Positions 38,600 to 49,919 of a stretch of DNA of 64,000 nucleotides are shown one piece after another. Below the pieces are notes generated by a model. That model did no database searches, was not told where the DNA came from, and saw nothing but the letters and a program-made list of their open reading frames with translations. The stretch spans positions 75,392,001 to 75,456,000 of the forward strand of contig NC_045696.1 in assembly GCF_009834535.1 (NCBI RefSeq), in the 5' to 3' direction. The DNA is from Camelus ferus (Eukaryota). Within the stretch, counting starts at the first letter, position 1. The number at the start of each line of letters is the position of its first letter. The translations under genes were made by a program, and so were the position numbers.

Positions 38600-39975
38600 G
38601 GAGAAAGGGGAAAGGGATGAGAGAAGGTTATACCCAGGAGGGGCCACTGGAGGGTGGATAGGAGTTTGACTGGTGAAAGTGAAGGGGGAGAGAGGCCTTT
38701 CCTGGATGTCTGAAATGCATTAGGCCAAGGGACACAGGCATGAGGATGTGGTAGTTATGTCTGAGGGGTGGGAAGCAGTATGGTTCAGTTGTATCACAGG
38801 GTGAGAGAAGGGAGCTGTAGTAAAGATTAGGCTGCAAATTTATCTGGACACCAGATATTGGAGGATCTGCTGTTCAGGCCTGGGAGGAGACTTTATTTGC
38901 TTGGTTAAGCAAGAGTCGCTGAAGGACTGTGATTAGGGAAGTTCCAAGATCAAGGTTTTGCTTTGCAACTATCCATTAAGAAGATCTGTGTAGAAGAAAA
39001 TAGGCAGGAAGAGATCTCAGCATTTCTTCTCAGAGTTTATGTATGACAGATCTACCTGGGATGTTTGTTAAATTTTCAGGCTTTACCCCCCAAAATTCTT
39101 ATTAAATGCAGGCCATACAACTTGATATTTTAAAAAGCTCCCCAGGTAATTCTTGTGCAGGTGATTTAAGGACAGCACTTTGAAAAACATCAGACTTGGG
39201 GCAAGGAGCTTGGTTAACAAACAATCATATTAACCAAAGTGTGAGAATAAAGGTGCCTTATTTGCATAGGGAGGAATAAAAGGCACAGATGAAAAAGATA
39301 TTTTGAAGGAAGAATCAATAGGACTCAGTGCAATTAGGTTTATAGCTGGAGGAGGATTGAAAGAATTGTTGATGTTAAATCCTGGGCAATCAGTGGCACA
39401 ATGAATAGAAGCATGAGGCAGAGTGGCTTTATTAGATCTTAACACGAGTTTAGTTTTGCCAAGTGAATTTTGAAGTGTAAAATGGTAACCACAGGGAAAT
39501 GTCTACCAGGTAGCAGGCAATGTAAGATGTAGGGTGGGGAGCAAGATTGCAGCTGGAGAGATAGTAGGATGTATGGCTAGACAGGTAATATTTTCAATTA
39601 TTGAAAAAAGCATAAAAAAGTTAGAAAAGGAAAAAAGAGAACCAATCAATGAGGAAAGATGAGATAGAACTGTAAGTTGGGAGGGGACCCTGGAAGTTAA
39701 AACATAATTAAAATCAAGGGAAGAAAGGATTTCAAAGGGAAAAATATAGACAGAGAGTGAGGCCGTACTGTAGTGATCAAGGGTCCTGAAGGCTGTGAAA
39801 GGGCCAACAAATTGGATGATAAAGGAATCCTGGAAAGGATGAAGAGGGCAGTCGCAGAAAAGCAGTGTGTCTAGAAATAATGCACCGGTACCTTAAAAAT
39901 AAATGGGGAGCAAGGAAGTGGAGACCGTTACATATAGACTACAATTTCAAAATGTTTTTTTGATGAAAGGAAACT
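38600..39975 (-). mobile_element. Long degraded L2 LINE, interrupted by MER5
   Basis: 'gagtcgctgaaggactgtgattagggaag', 'attttgaaggaagaatcaataggac', 'aatggggagcaaggaagtggagacc'. Confidence 0.75.
39020..39190. mobile_element. MER5A/B hAT-Charlie MITE
   Basis: 'ttctcagagtt...tacctgggatgtttgttaaa...ttttaaaaagctccccaggtaattct...actttgaaaaaca'. Confidence 0.78.
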
Positions 39976-39999
39976 CTAGTCATGCTCCGGTGTTCCATA

Positions 40000-40822
40000 A
40001 CCTCACCATCTATCCAGTTACTCAAGGCAGAAATCTGATGTGGTCCTTCACCCATATCCTCTCAAAATTAGCCCATCACCCACTCTCTGATATACCTGCC
40101 TATGCACCTCTCCTTCTGTTTTTCTGCCACCTTGCTGCCACCTGGTCCAGGCTACCATCATCTGGATTATTACTATAGCCTTTCAACTGGCTTCTCTCTC
40201 TGCCCACTCTTGCTTGGCTCCCTTTTGATCGTCACATTGTGATAGATATACCTTTGCAAAGCACAAATATCTAGCCTGCCCCCTACTTAATACCTTGGAT
40301 GCCTTAGCATGACCAGTAAGGTCCTAATTAGCCAGTCTCTTTCTGCCTCTCTAGCCTTATCTTTAATCTTCCTGCCATCTAGCCACACAGTCCCCATCTA
40401 CTCTAACAGGCTTCCTTCTTACCTTGTTTACCAATTTTTTTGAAAGTACTAATTTTCACAAGAATGTAAGCTCCATGAGGGCAGGAAATTTTCTCTCTTC
40501 CTCCCTCCCTCCCTCTCTCTCTCTTTCTCTCTCACACAAACACAAACACAAACAAACACACACACTGAGTCCTTGGTAAATGCTGAGTGAGTGCAGGGCC
40601 ATGCTGTAGTCTTTGCCCATGTGCTTCTTCATTAAACAGCTCAGTCATCTCAGAGATGTGTGACTCTATGAATGTCTTTCTCATTCAGGGCTGTCACCCC
40701 CATGGTTACAGCAGGAGGGGATCGTTTCTGATTTGGCTCAGCATTGTAACTCCAGTACCCATCACAGTGCCTAGTCCCCAGTGGATGTTCAAAAATTACT
40801 TGTTGAATTGGATGAATGCAGA
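40000..40822 (+). mobile_element. L2 LINE 3' pieces (about 40000-40490 and 40690-40822) flanking a CT/CA simple repeat
   Basis: 'ctggtccaggctaccatcatctggattattactatagcc', 'gaatgtaagctccatgagggcagg', 'cacagtgcctagt...ttgttgaattggatgaatg'. Confidence 0.82.
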
Positions 40823-43254
40823 TATGAAATAAGGACTGATTAGTTAGAGAGCGGGAGGTTGGAGAATGGATTTAAAAAAAATAATGATTTGGATGCCCGA
40901 ACACATTCATAGGCCAAGGGGAAGAATCTTCTAGTAAACAAACTAGACACCATCTGAAATCAAAATTACACACACGGCAACTTTTCATATAGATATAACT
41001 CAGAGCTCATCTTCTGTTTTCTTTACACTATTTTTTTTTTTTCAGTTTCAGTTCAGCAGACACTAAATCCACTTGTCAATGAGGAAATAGACCTGGAATA
41101 CTGAGAAGCAGGTTGTAATAGACATTCTCTAGCCACTTTTCTCCATATCAGGGCTATTGTTGTCTTTTATATAACCAAAAAGATTTTCTCAAATTTGGCA
41201 ACATATTATCTAGGCCTTCCTTTTCCTTTTGATATGAATTTTGTTTCCCTCTCTCTTTTCTTTTGATTCATTCCAACAGAGAATTGAGTCCTGTGCTGTT
41301 CTATTTTTATGTTTTTAAAGCAAATAGTTACCTTGAGTTGTCTACACAGAGAACCCTGCCTGGCTGTTCCCAAGCACCACACAGGATCAAATAAAACCAC
41401 TAGGAAGCAAAGTTGAACCAGTCATTGATCATCCTCACAGAGAGGAAGAAACTGGACCAAACCTGTTGCAATTTTGCCTCTAAAGTTGGGTATTACTTTT
41501 TTCTGGATGTCAGCTTGTTTGTTTTTCCCCCAATTTTTTTCACTTGGAATAAACTAGGAAATTTTTAAAAATATCCAGAGACAGTCAATGGACCCAGATT
41601 TACCACAGACATATAATCCCTTTGAGGAAATTATAGTTCAATTTGATGGAGCTACAAGTTTTCCCTATGGTCAGAAATTTTTAGATGCTATACACAACCA
41701 AACTCAAGACATTCAAGAATTATGTCATGGGCAAGATTTACCAACTGCTTCTTTCTCCTTCGCATAAAGTGCCCTATGCAGCATGGCCAGAATGACCCTC
41801 TGCATCTGATGCAGAGCAAGAAAGACTCTAGATTTGCCTGTGAATTGCTGCCTATTTTTTTTTTTAACTTTCTAAGAGTTTCAGTTTGAAAGATGTTTCA
41901 CTTTTTCGGATGAGAGTTAGTGAGTCAAGCACATGACCTTTGCCAGCTTTCCAGTAAAAAATTTAAAAATAATAATAAAAAGACTTAAACAGTCTGACAA
42001 ACCAAACTCATTATTTTGAAGATACTTCAACTATGTCACAAAATACAGTGGAGTTCCCTAGACACACATAGGGTTGTAACGGCTTTATTGCAGGCACACG
42101 TAGTATGGTGCTTACATTTATTTTGACAAAGTTCCAGACTGAATCCTCCTTTGGTGGAAGCCTACATGGATTGGTTTTGTAAATCATTTCCAATCACAAA
42201 TGCCTGTGAGTAATATGACTCTGTGAATAAACAGGCAATATCAGGACTCCCAAGCCCTTCTTTCCTTCCTCCTCCCCAGGAGCGCTGTCTAAACCAAATA
42301 CACAAAGGGGATTCAGTGGAATTAAGATTTGTGTGGTTTCTGGAACCCTAAATCTCCAGTCAAGCAACCAATAAATAATAAGACGTTTACCTGACTTCTG
42401 TAATATGGCTTTACCTCTGTGAATAGGGGAATGTATACCAGTCAAAAAGTTATTTAAAAAACCATATATATTTAGTACAGTACTATTCACGTGGGAATTA
42501 TAAAGACATAGTGTCTGCTCTCAAGGAGTATGCAACCTAATTATCTAAGCTAAAATTGTATTTTACTACTTGCCTACCTATTTTTTTTAACTCATTAAAT
42601 AGACATATTGAAAACTGAAAATGAGCTCCCATGTCCAGAGTATTCCAGAGTTTTAATTTCACACTCAGGAAAACACCAAGGTGACAAGGAACCTGCATGT
42701 GAGATTCATCTGACATTTTTCCCTATTTCGTACAAATGCTGGCAAATGTAAACCAAAGGCCTCTTGTCTAGTAATATAAGCATCTTCTCTTTCTCTCCTA
42801 AGAAGTCAGCAGGCTTGACATTTTGACAGCTGATTTATTCCCTCCCCTCCCCCTGAGCTGAAATTCTCACTGGGGCTCATCTGTCACCCTGGCTTTGATG
42901 AAGCGGGAGTTTGGAATTTGCTGTCTGAGGCTGTCAGACTCGAAGTTGGCTTCAAATGGCACACTCCACCATACTCTTTAGAAAGATGGGGTAGCGACTG
43001 TGGGCAGACAGTAGAGAGGAAGGGATGGGGAAGCAGTCACTAAATCATCTGATTATATGGCCCAAGGAATATAAAGAGAAGAGGTGAGACAACAGGTGAA
43101 TGAGAGGTGAGTAAGCACATGCAGGTCAGGGCTTCATTATTACAAAAGAGTTCCATATAGCAGTCTATTTCTGAAGTGCATGACTGATTTGTCCCCTTGG
43201 TCATTTACCCTCCTTAGGTCAAAGTGGTCACTAAGACATCTGGTATATACATCA

Positions 43255-43495
43255 CTGATTCATTCATTCAAGAAATACCTATTGAGCATTAACCATCACC
43301 AAGAACTCCAGTGCTAGGCACTGGAAACACTGCTATGACTGTGACCCAGTCCTTCACCTCCAGGGGCTTTCCCTGGGGAGAAGGGGAACTGATAAATGAA
43401 CCAAAGATTATAGTACAGGGTGCCAAGGGCCATGGTAGAATTATGCACAAAGTATTCTTGGAGCAAAAAGGAGTAATATCTTCTGAAGATTTTTA
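43255..43495 (-). mobile_element. L2 3' end
   Basis: 'ttcattcattcaagaaatacctattgagc...gtgctaggcactggaaacac'. Confidence 0.82.
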
Positions 43496-44359
43496 AAAAA
43501 CAATCAAAGCTTGAAAATCTGTGACGTTTTAATGACAATGGCATATCCACATTTTTGGGGAGAGATACTACTGTTGGGACCAGTTGCACTTAAAGAGGTA
43601 GATTTGAGAAATGACAAAATATTAAAGGAAACACTCATGCAAATCCAATAGTTAGTGGCACAAACCAACCTTCAAGAATCTGAAATTTGACAAGTTGTTT
43701 GGTGCAGGATGAAGTTCAGAATTGATTAAAGAAAAGTTTGGCCTATGTTGTAAATTAGTATTTGAGACTTTCCCAATAGTTGAATTGCATGTGTTGATTT
43801 TTATTCATCAATTATATGAAATTAAATGCTTTTGCATTAAGAAATTAGTAATGTAAATCTGGAATAATTGATGATGTTAGTTGCCAGTTTCATGCATGTC
43901 CTGCACTAGAGTCATGCTGTAAGATGCACTCATCTGGTCAGTTTACCAGTAATTCAGCCCATACAGCCATAAACAGAGTGAAGACAGGAAATCTTGAAAT
44001 GGGAGCCTGATAAGGCTGAGAGAAAGCACTTGGTTAAAGTCCTTTTTAACATGAATCTGTAAAATTGGGTTTGTATCTCACACAAGCAGACATTTTCTTG
44101 ATTTTTCCAAAGTTGCATCTTTCATTTTGGGGCCTAGTAAGAAGCAAGCAAACATCACAGATTTCAGGAAATTCTGTGTCTGGTGCTGGCCAAACGCTCA
44201 AACACCTCAGACTCTTACATAATGTGATGCTTACATGACTCTTACATGATTTCTATTGAGTGAGCTTAGAGACATGCCATACCAAGAAGTTAGAACCAAA
44301 GAAGACACTTTAAACCCAAACTGTGTCATAATATGTATAATGTTTCAAGTTTCATTTTA

Positions 44360-44590
44360 GATAATAATAAAGTGCTGATAGGTAATATGTATTATGCACT
44401 TAATTTGTGCCAAGGACAGTGTTAACAGCCTTGCATAGATTATCTCGCTTAATCCTCACAGCCCCATGGTGTACTATTACTATCTACATTTTTGCTGAGG
44501 AAAGGGAGGCTCAGAAAGGTTTAAGCAACAGGAACAAGCAGAAGTGGGATCCAAATCAAGGTCTTCAAGGCTGTGAAGCTGGTGTTCCAG
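44360..44590 (-). mobile_element. MIR SINE
   Basis: 'tgtgccaaggacagtgtt', 'cttaatcctcacagcccc', 'gaggctcagaaaggtt'. Confidence 0.85.
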
Positions 44591-44854
44591 TGCTTCTTTA
44601 TACTGCACGTTTAAAGATTGAGACTTGCGTTCATTTAAGTTGTTTCACTGGAATTTGAGTCTACTCTTTGTTTAGGGAAGGAATATATAAGGCACCCACG
44701 TTGTTCACAGAAGAAAGAGAAATTTCTTCTTCAGATCCTCCCTTTTAAAAAATTTCCCTAATCATTCGCAGCCTTTAGTCACTAAATACATTAAAGATGG
44801 TTAAGCTGACATTCTATTTATCAGGAGTCTCTATGGCTGAAGGGAAAGTAAATT

Positions 44855-45220
44855 TCAATAGCTTACTAGTTCTTTGATCTTGAGCAGTTTTAAGGATTAC
44901 ATCCTCTGCACCTTGGTTTTCTTACTTGTTTAATGGAAAGTATATTTCCTACTCTGACATACTGTAAAGATGAAATGACAATGAGAACACTCTAACTTTT
45001 TAAGCATCTCCTCTGTGCCAAGTACTCTAATAGGGCACTGGCATACATGATCATGTTTAATCTGCAACCCAAAGAGATAGGTATTATTATCACCAATGAC
45101 CAGTGAGGAAACTGAGTCTTGGTAAGATTTTTAAAACTTGCCCATGGTCACATAGTGATGAAGAGGAGAAGGTGAGATTCAGACCACGTCTGTCTCTTTG
45201 TAAAACCCGTGCTTGTCTCA
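44855..45220. mobile_element. Two MIRs tail to tail (+ about 44855-44980; - about 44990-45220)
   Basis: 'ctctgcaccttggttttcttacttgtttaatgg' then 'ctgtgccaagtactct...gaggaaactgagtctt...cttgcccatggtcacatag'. Confidence 0.78.
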
Positions 45221-45929
45221 GATGCTGTGTCCTTTTCAAATCACTACTTCTGTAGGCTATAAAGCATTATAGAAATATTAGGCATTATTATTTGGACACA
45301 GTTTGGAAAATAATATTATTTTATCATAATGTAATTATTTGAAAACATGTACCTTATGAATGATAGAAAGGTCACCGTTAACCAGACCATGAAACTTATC
45401 CTATTGATTTAGAAAGAAAGAAATGAATGTAAGTGAATAGTACAATTGCTGATTATTATTGATGGATTCCTATTGCTACTGGGGCTTGTTGCTCAGAGAA
45501 GTATACTGACCCCAGCTGTACCTTTCAACCTAGCTTTGCCATCCCTTCTCCCATCACCAAGAAAGAGTAGAGAAAACACAGGTCATGTCTGTCTGTAGTT
45601 ATTTATACAGACTATATATAGTCATTCATATAGATCTGTGAAAATGCCTTTTTGAAATAGAAGTCATCTTTTGGATAAGATCAAATTGAGGTAAATTGAA
45701 TTTTTATTTGCTTTGACATAGATTGGGGTCAGTGATGTGATTTTTAGTTCTTTCCCGTATAGGGAAGAGAAAGAAAATCTTCTTGATAAATCTCCTTGAC
45801 TTTCTTCAAGGTGTTCAGTATCTTTCTTTTTGGAAAAAGCAACAGAATGTTATGTCACAAAGCTTAGACCCTGAGGTTGAAAAACTCCTGCTTGGAGCCT
45901 AATGCTACTAATGGATTTTGATGGGGGAA

Positions 45930-47110
45930 AACATTCAATTCCTACATTCAACAATTTATTTATTCATTTAATGATTGGTGCTGCAAATATATCAGGAACA
46001 AAACAAAATCCTTGCTGTCATAGAGTTTACATTCTAGTAGGAGAGAGACAGACAATAAAAACTCAACATACAATATGTTGAGGGCTAATTTGCTATGCTA
46101 TAGAGAAAAAGAAAGCAGGGACTGAGGGTAGGAAGTGTGCAAAGGGGTGTAATTTGAAAGGAAGTTTTCAGTGAAGTCTTCTCTGATAAAGTGACATTTG
46201 GCAGAGACCTGAGGAAAGTGAGAACCTGAATCATGTGGCCGTGGAGGAGAAGAATTTTCCAGGCATTGGGCACAGAAGAGTCAAAAGCTCTGGGGTTTGA
46301 GAGTGCATGGCATGTTTGAGGAAGAGCCAGGATGTCAGTGTAGCCGCAGTGAAGTGCTAAAGACAGAGTGGTGGCAGGAGGGGGCGGGGAGGAACCCAGC
46401 TGCTGATCATGCATGGCCTGTGGGCCATTGTAAGGATCTGGCTTTTGTCCGTAGTCAGGTGGGAAGATGTTAGAGGCTTTTGAGCAGAAGATACTATGAT
46501 TTAACTTCAAATTTGAAATGACCACTGGTATTGGGTACAGAGAAGAATCAGTGTACGGGAGCAGAGGAGGAAGAAGCAAAGGCTCAATGGTGAAAATATT
46601 GCAGTAGTCTTAGAGCTAATGGTAACTTGCCTAGAGAGGTAGCTGTGGGAATAATAAGTAATTGATTTCTAGGTACAGTTTGAAGGTAGAGACAACGGGA
46701 TTTTCTGTGATATGTGAAGAGAAGAGAGGATTCAAAGAGGACTCCAAGACTTGTCTTCTGAGCAAGCAGAAGAATGGAGTTTCCATTTATATACATGAGG
46801 GGGAAATACGGGAGGAGGACATTTTGTGTAGAAATTGAGAAAATTGATTTCGAATATGTTATGTGTGAGATGCTTATAAGGCATATAAGTGGATATGTTA
46901 TATAGGTAATTGAATATATAAGTAAGGAAGTTAGGAGAAAAGTCCAGGGTAGGGATTAGAATTTGTGGGCTGTGTATAGGTAGTTTCTAAGGTCTTGAGA
47001 CTCATTTATAGAGTAAGTATATAGACAAAGAAGATATTTATAAGTGAGCCATGGAGCATCATTTAAAGATTTAGGAGATAAAAAGGAGCCAGCAAAGGAT
47101 ATTAAAAAAT
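45930..47110 (-). mobile_element. L2a LINE 3' region, about 1.2 kb
   Basis: 'cattcaacaattt', 'gagtttacattctagtagg', 'gtgacatttggcagagacctgagg', 'gggccattgtaaggatctggctttt', 'gattcaaagaggactccaag'. Confidence 0.9.
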
Positions 47111-47131
47111 ACTGTATCTATATAGAATTAT

Positions 47132-47156
47132 ACACACACACACACACACACACACA
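47132..47156. repeat. (AC)n microsatellite, about 12 units
   Basis: Read directly. Confidence 0.97.
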
Positions 47157-47419
47157 ATCTCTTTTTCTAGGAAATCTGATTTAAGATGTAGGAGTCAGTC
47201 TCTGAGAAAGGATGATGCTGAGTTTTTCATGATGTACCAAGAAACCCAAGAAGGAAGGGTCTCTTATAGGAAAGGGGACCTCTGCTCTGTCTTGCTTGGA
47301 CCACAGGTTACTTTGGAATTTGGGGTGAAGACACAGTGTGTGATATGACATATGATAATAGGAAAAGGTGGCAATGTGTTTGGAAAAGGAGACATAGATA
47401 AACTTTGATGATGTTAATC

Positions 47420-47650
47420 TCCTTGTGACTATTAATATATTATATGCTTTTTGAAAAAATTTAGCAACTCTACTAATGAATGAAGAGAATGAAATACACC
47501 AATAATTCCACACTGAGATAACTACTGCTAACATTTTGGTGCAGTTTTTTCTCCATAGGACGTATCTATTAAAATTAGGATTACTTTGTATATATATTTT
47601 TGTAGTCTGCTTTTTTATTTGATATAATAGCAGAGATATTTTTGGAAGAT
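47420..47650 (-). mobile_element. L1ME 3' end fragment
   Basis: 'ataattccacactgagataactactgctaacattttggtg' resembles L1ME 'ataatcccaccacccagagataaccactgttaacattttgg'. Confidence 0.78.
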
Positions 47651-48500
47651 TCATTTTTCATATTTTGATGAAAGGAGAGAGATGATCAAAGGGAAGCTCA
47701 TGTTAGTTTGAGAAATGTCTTGTCCGAAATCTACCAATAAAGTAGAATGATGCCTGGGTGTATTTATGAGAGGCAGAGAACAAGGACGATTCCTGGACTT
47801 GGTGACTTGTGTCATGGTGACTGATACGGCTGTGCTACTCAAGGGGACTGAGAAAACAAGACTGACCAAAGCTTTGCTTATTCTTTATGTGAGGGTAGAT
47901 TCCAGACTTGCCTTCTGAATAATTGGAGAATTGTTGGTTTTTTATTAGTAGATGTAGCAGAAACTAAAAGGAAATAACATTTGGAAATGCTTTGGTTGAT
48001 ATCTACTTATGTAAACAGGTAATGAAATTTATTTGTGACACAAAGCAGGTTGTTTTGACTTAACTACTTTGGCTTTTTCCACAGCTTACAAAGAAAAAAA
48101 ATGAGCACTTTCCTCCTTTATTTTTCATGCTGTGGTGGGTCCAGTATTGACATATAGACCAACAAGATATAATTTAGAAATTTTTCCAATAAATCTGTGA
48201 AAATCGTGAAAAGCATTTTAGTTTATCAGTAAAGTGTTACAAGCATGACCACAACAAAATAATTTGTCCTATTGACAACTTTGATGTCATGAATTGCCCC
48301 TACAATAAATGCTTGATATGACTAGATTCAGAAGACATTGGTAAAATCAGAGTCAGTGAAAGTCCCTTTCAAATGAATGAAATTAATTAAAAAAATAGAA
48401 ACAATATTCAGTTGTAAACTTCTGACAACAGTAAATGAAATGCGTGTGTGTGTTTCTGCTTATGTATTATGAGCTTTCTCTTTCTACATATGAGCTCTTG

Positions 48501-48760
48501 ACTGGTGAGCACAACTGGCTAGAGAATGGGACTTCACAAGGTCAAGGTCACACATTCCACTGGCCACACAGAAGCTGAAAACGATGTCATAGCCATCAAT
48601 TGCATCAGAAATTCCGTACAGTCGTTTCATGGACATGTGCTCTTGGTCATAAAGACTAGCCAAGAGAGTTTGGCTGGTTCAGTAACAATCATCACACTAC
48701 TGGGAAAAATAGACACACAACTTTAAGCATCGATGCCACACGCTATAGGGCAATGATTTC
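48501..48760 (+). mobile_element. MamSINE1 (ancient tRNA-derived mammalian SINE)
   Basis: Decayed tRNA head 'agcacaactggctagagaatgg...gtcaaggtcac'; body 'gtgctcttggtcataaagactagccaagagagtttggctggttcag...catcacactactgggaaaaa' is collinear with the remembered MamSINE1 consensus. Confidence 0.72.
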
Positions 48761-49919
48761 AACTTTGTATGTTTGTGAATGGCAGCATATACACAGAAGC
48801 TCACAAATGTACAAACTCAACTGCATCATAGAATAGAAAAAGCCCCACTGAGCTTTGATTCCCGTATTTAGCTGAAAACATACTATAATTGTCTTTCATT
48901 TGTATTTCTAATTAATACTGCATTAATATAGAAGTTTTAGATACATTTGAAGAATATTACATTTGTTTATAAACATACAATTATTCTATGTATCTTTGCC
49001 ATTCATTATAACCAAATCAGTGCATCAGAACTAGTTTTTCAAAGTCTAAAGCAACATCTTTACGTCTTGGAGTTTACGAATCCCATCATGAAAATAACAC
49101 AACAGCACTGAGAAATTCACTCACTACATTTCTGCCACTTCACATTAAGGGTCACATGCAATGACAAACACTGAAACTTGCACCATAGATCAAGTTGGGG
49201 AAGGACTGGTTTCTGATCGTTGCATTTTTGCTTTAAGAATCTCAGTGTATGGTTTCCTGACATTTCCTTTTCTGAGTGAGCTATACCGATCCTATAATAA
49301 AGTACAAAGCAGTATAAGTTCCCTTGCAAATCCACTCATTATCCACTGGACTTTGGAACCCAACTGCCCCTCTGATCTTTCAAGGAGAATTGTGTTTTTA
49401 TGCTGTTCACTAAAAAAAGAAAAAAGAAGGGGGGGGAAAAAGGTAAAAGTCACGTCCATAACCTCTAACGAATCATCATTTCCATCTGCAGCCTCCTCAG
49501 TTGTTTAAAAGCAAGAGCAGGAACAGAAAGCCCCTTTTTCAGTCTAAAACTCTTGCTCTGCTTTAGCAAAACCATACAAACAGTGTGTATCAGCCTTTCA
49601 ATATGCAAAATGGATGAAGGTCCCTAATTTTCTTTTATAATAGATTAAATCCAGAGTACTTTTTTTTAATCAGGGAAATCCCTTGTAACCTTTCAATTTC
49701 CCCCTTTAAAAATTAGACTCTATGAAAGCACATTGACCATGGGAATAAAATATTTGCTTAACAGGTTTCAAGTCTTAAGGACAGCTTCCTCTTCTTTATT
49801 TTTCTTGGACCTTTATGCCTCCCACCCAACAAAGTCTTTGCTTAACCCTACCAACAGCCCAGCTGGCACTATAGATAAGAAGCAAACTGTTTTTTCTCCT
49901 TGACCTCTAATCATTCTAC

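Noticed and set aside
38600-40490. Opposite-orientation L2 pair as a twin-priming inversion or dsRNA former
   Set aside because: The two pieces appear to overlap in consensus coordinates, so they are independent insertions, and they are too diverged to pair stably.
46085-46579. 164-aa minus-strand ORF
   Set aside because: Lies wholly in the sense strand of a decayed L2 3' region; such stop-poor frames are common there.
47181-47654. 157-aa minus-strand ORF and other 100-140 aa hydrophobic ORFs
   Set aside because: They overlap AT-rich L1ME or low-complexity sequence, start at alternative codons and show no recognisable domains.
49508-49563. Inverted repeat agcaagag / ctcttgct, extendable to about 11 bp with a bulge
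   Set aside because: Too short to exceed chance; relevant only if the surrounding island proves transcribed.
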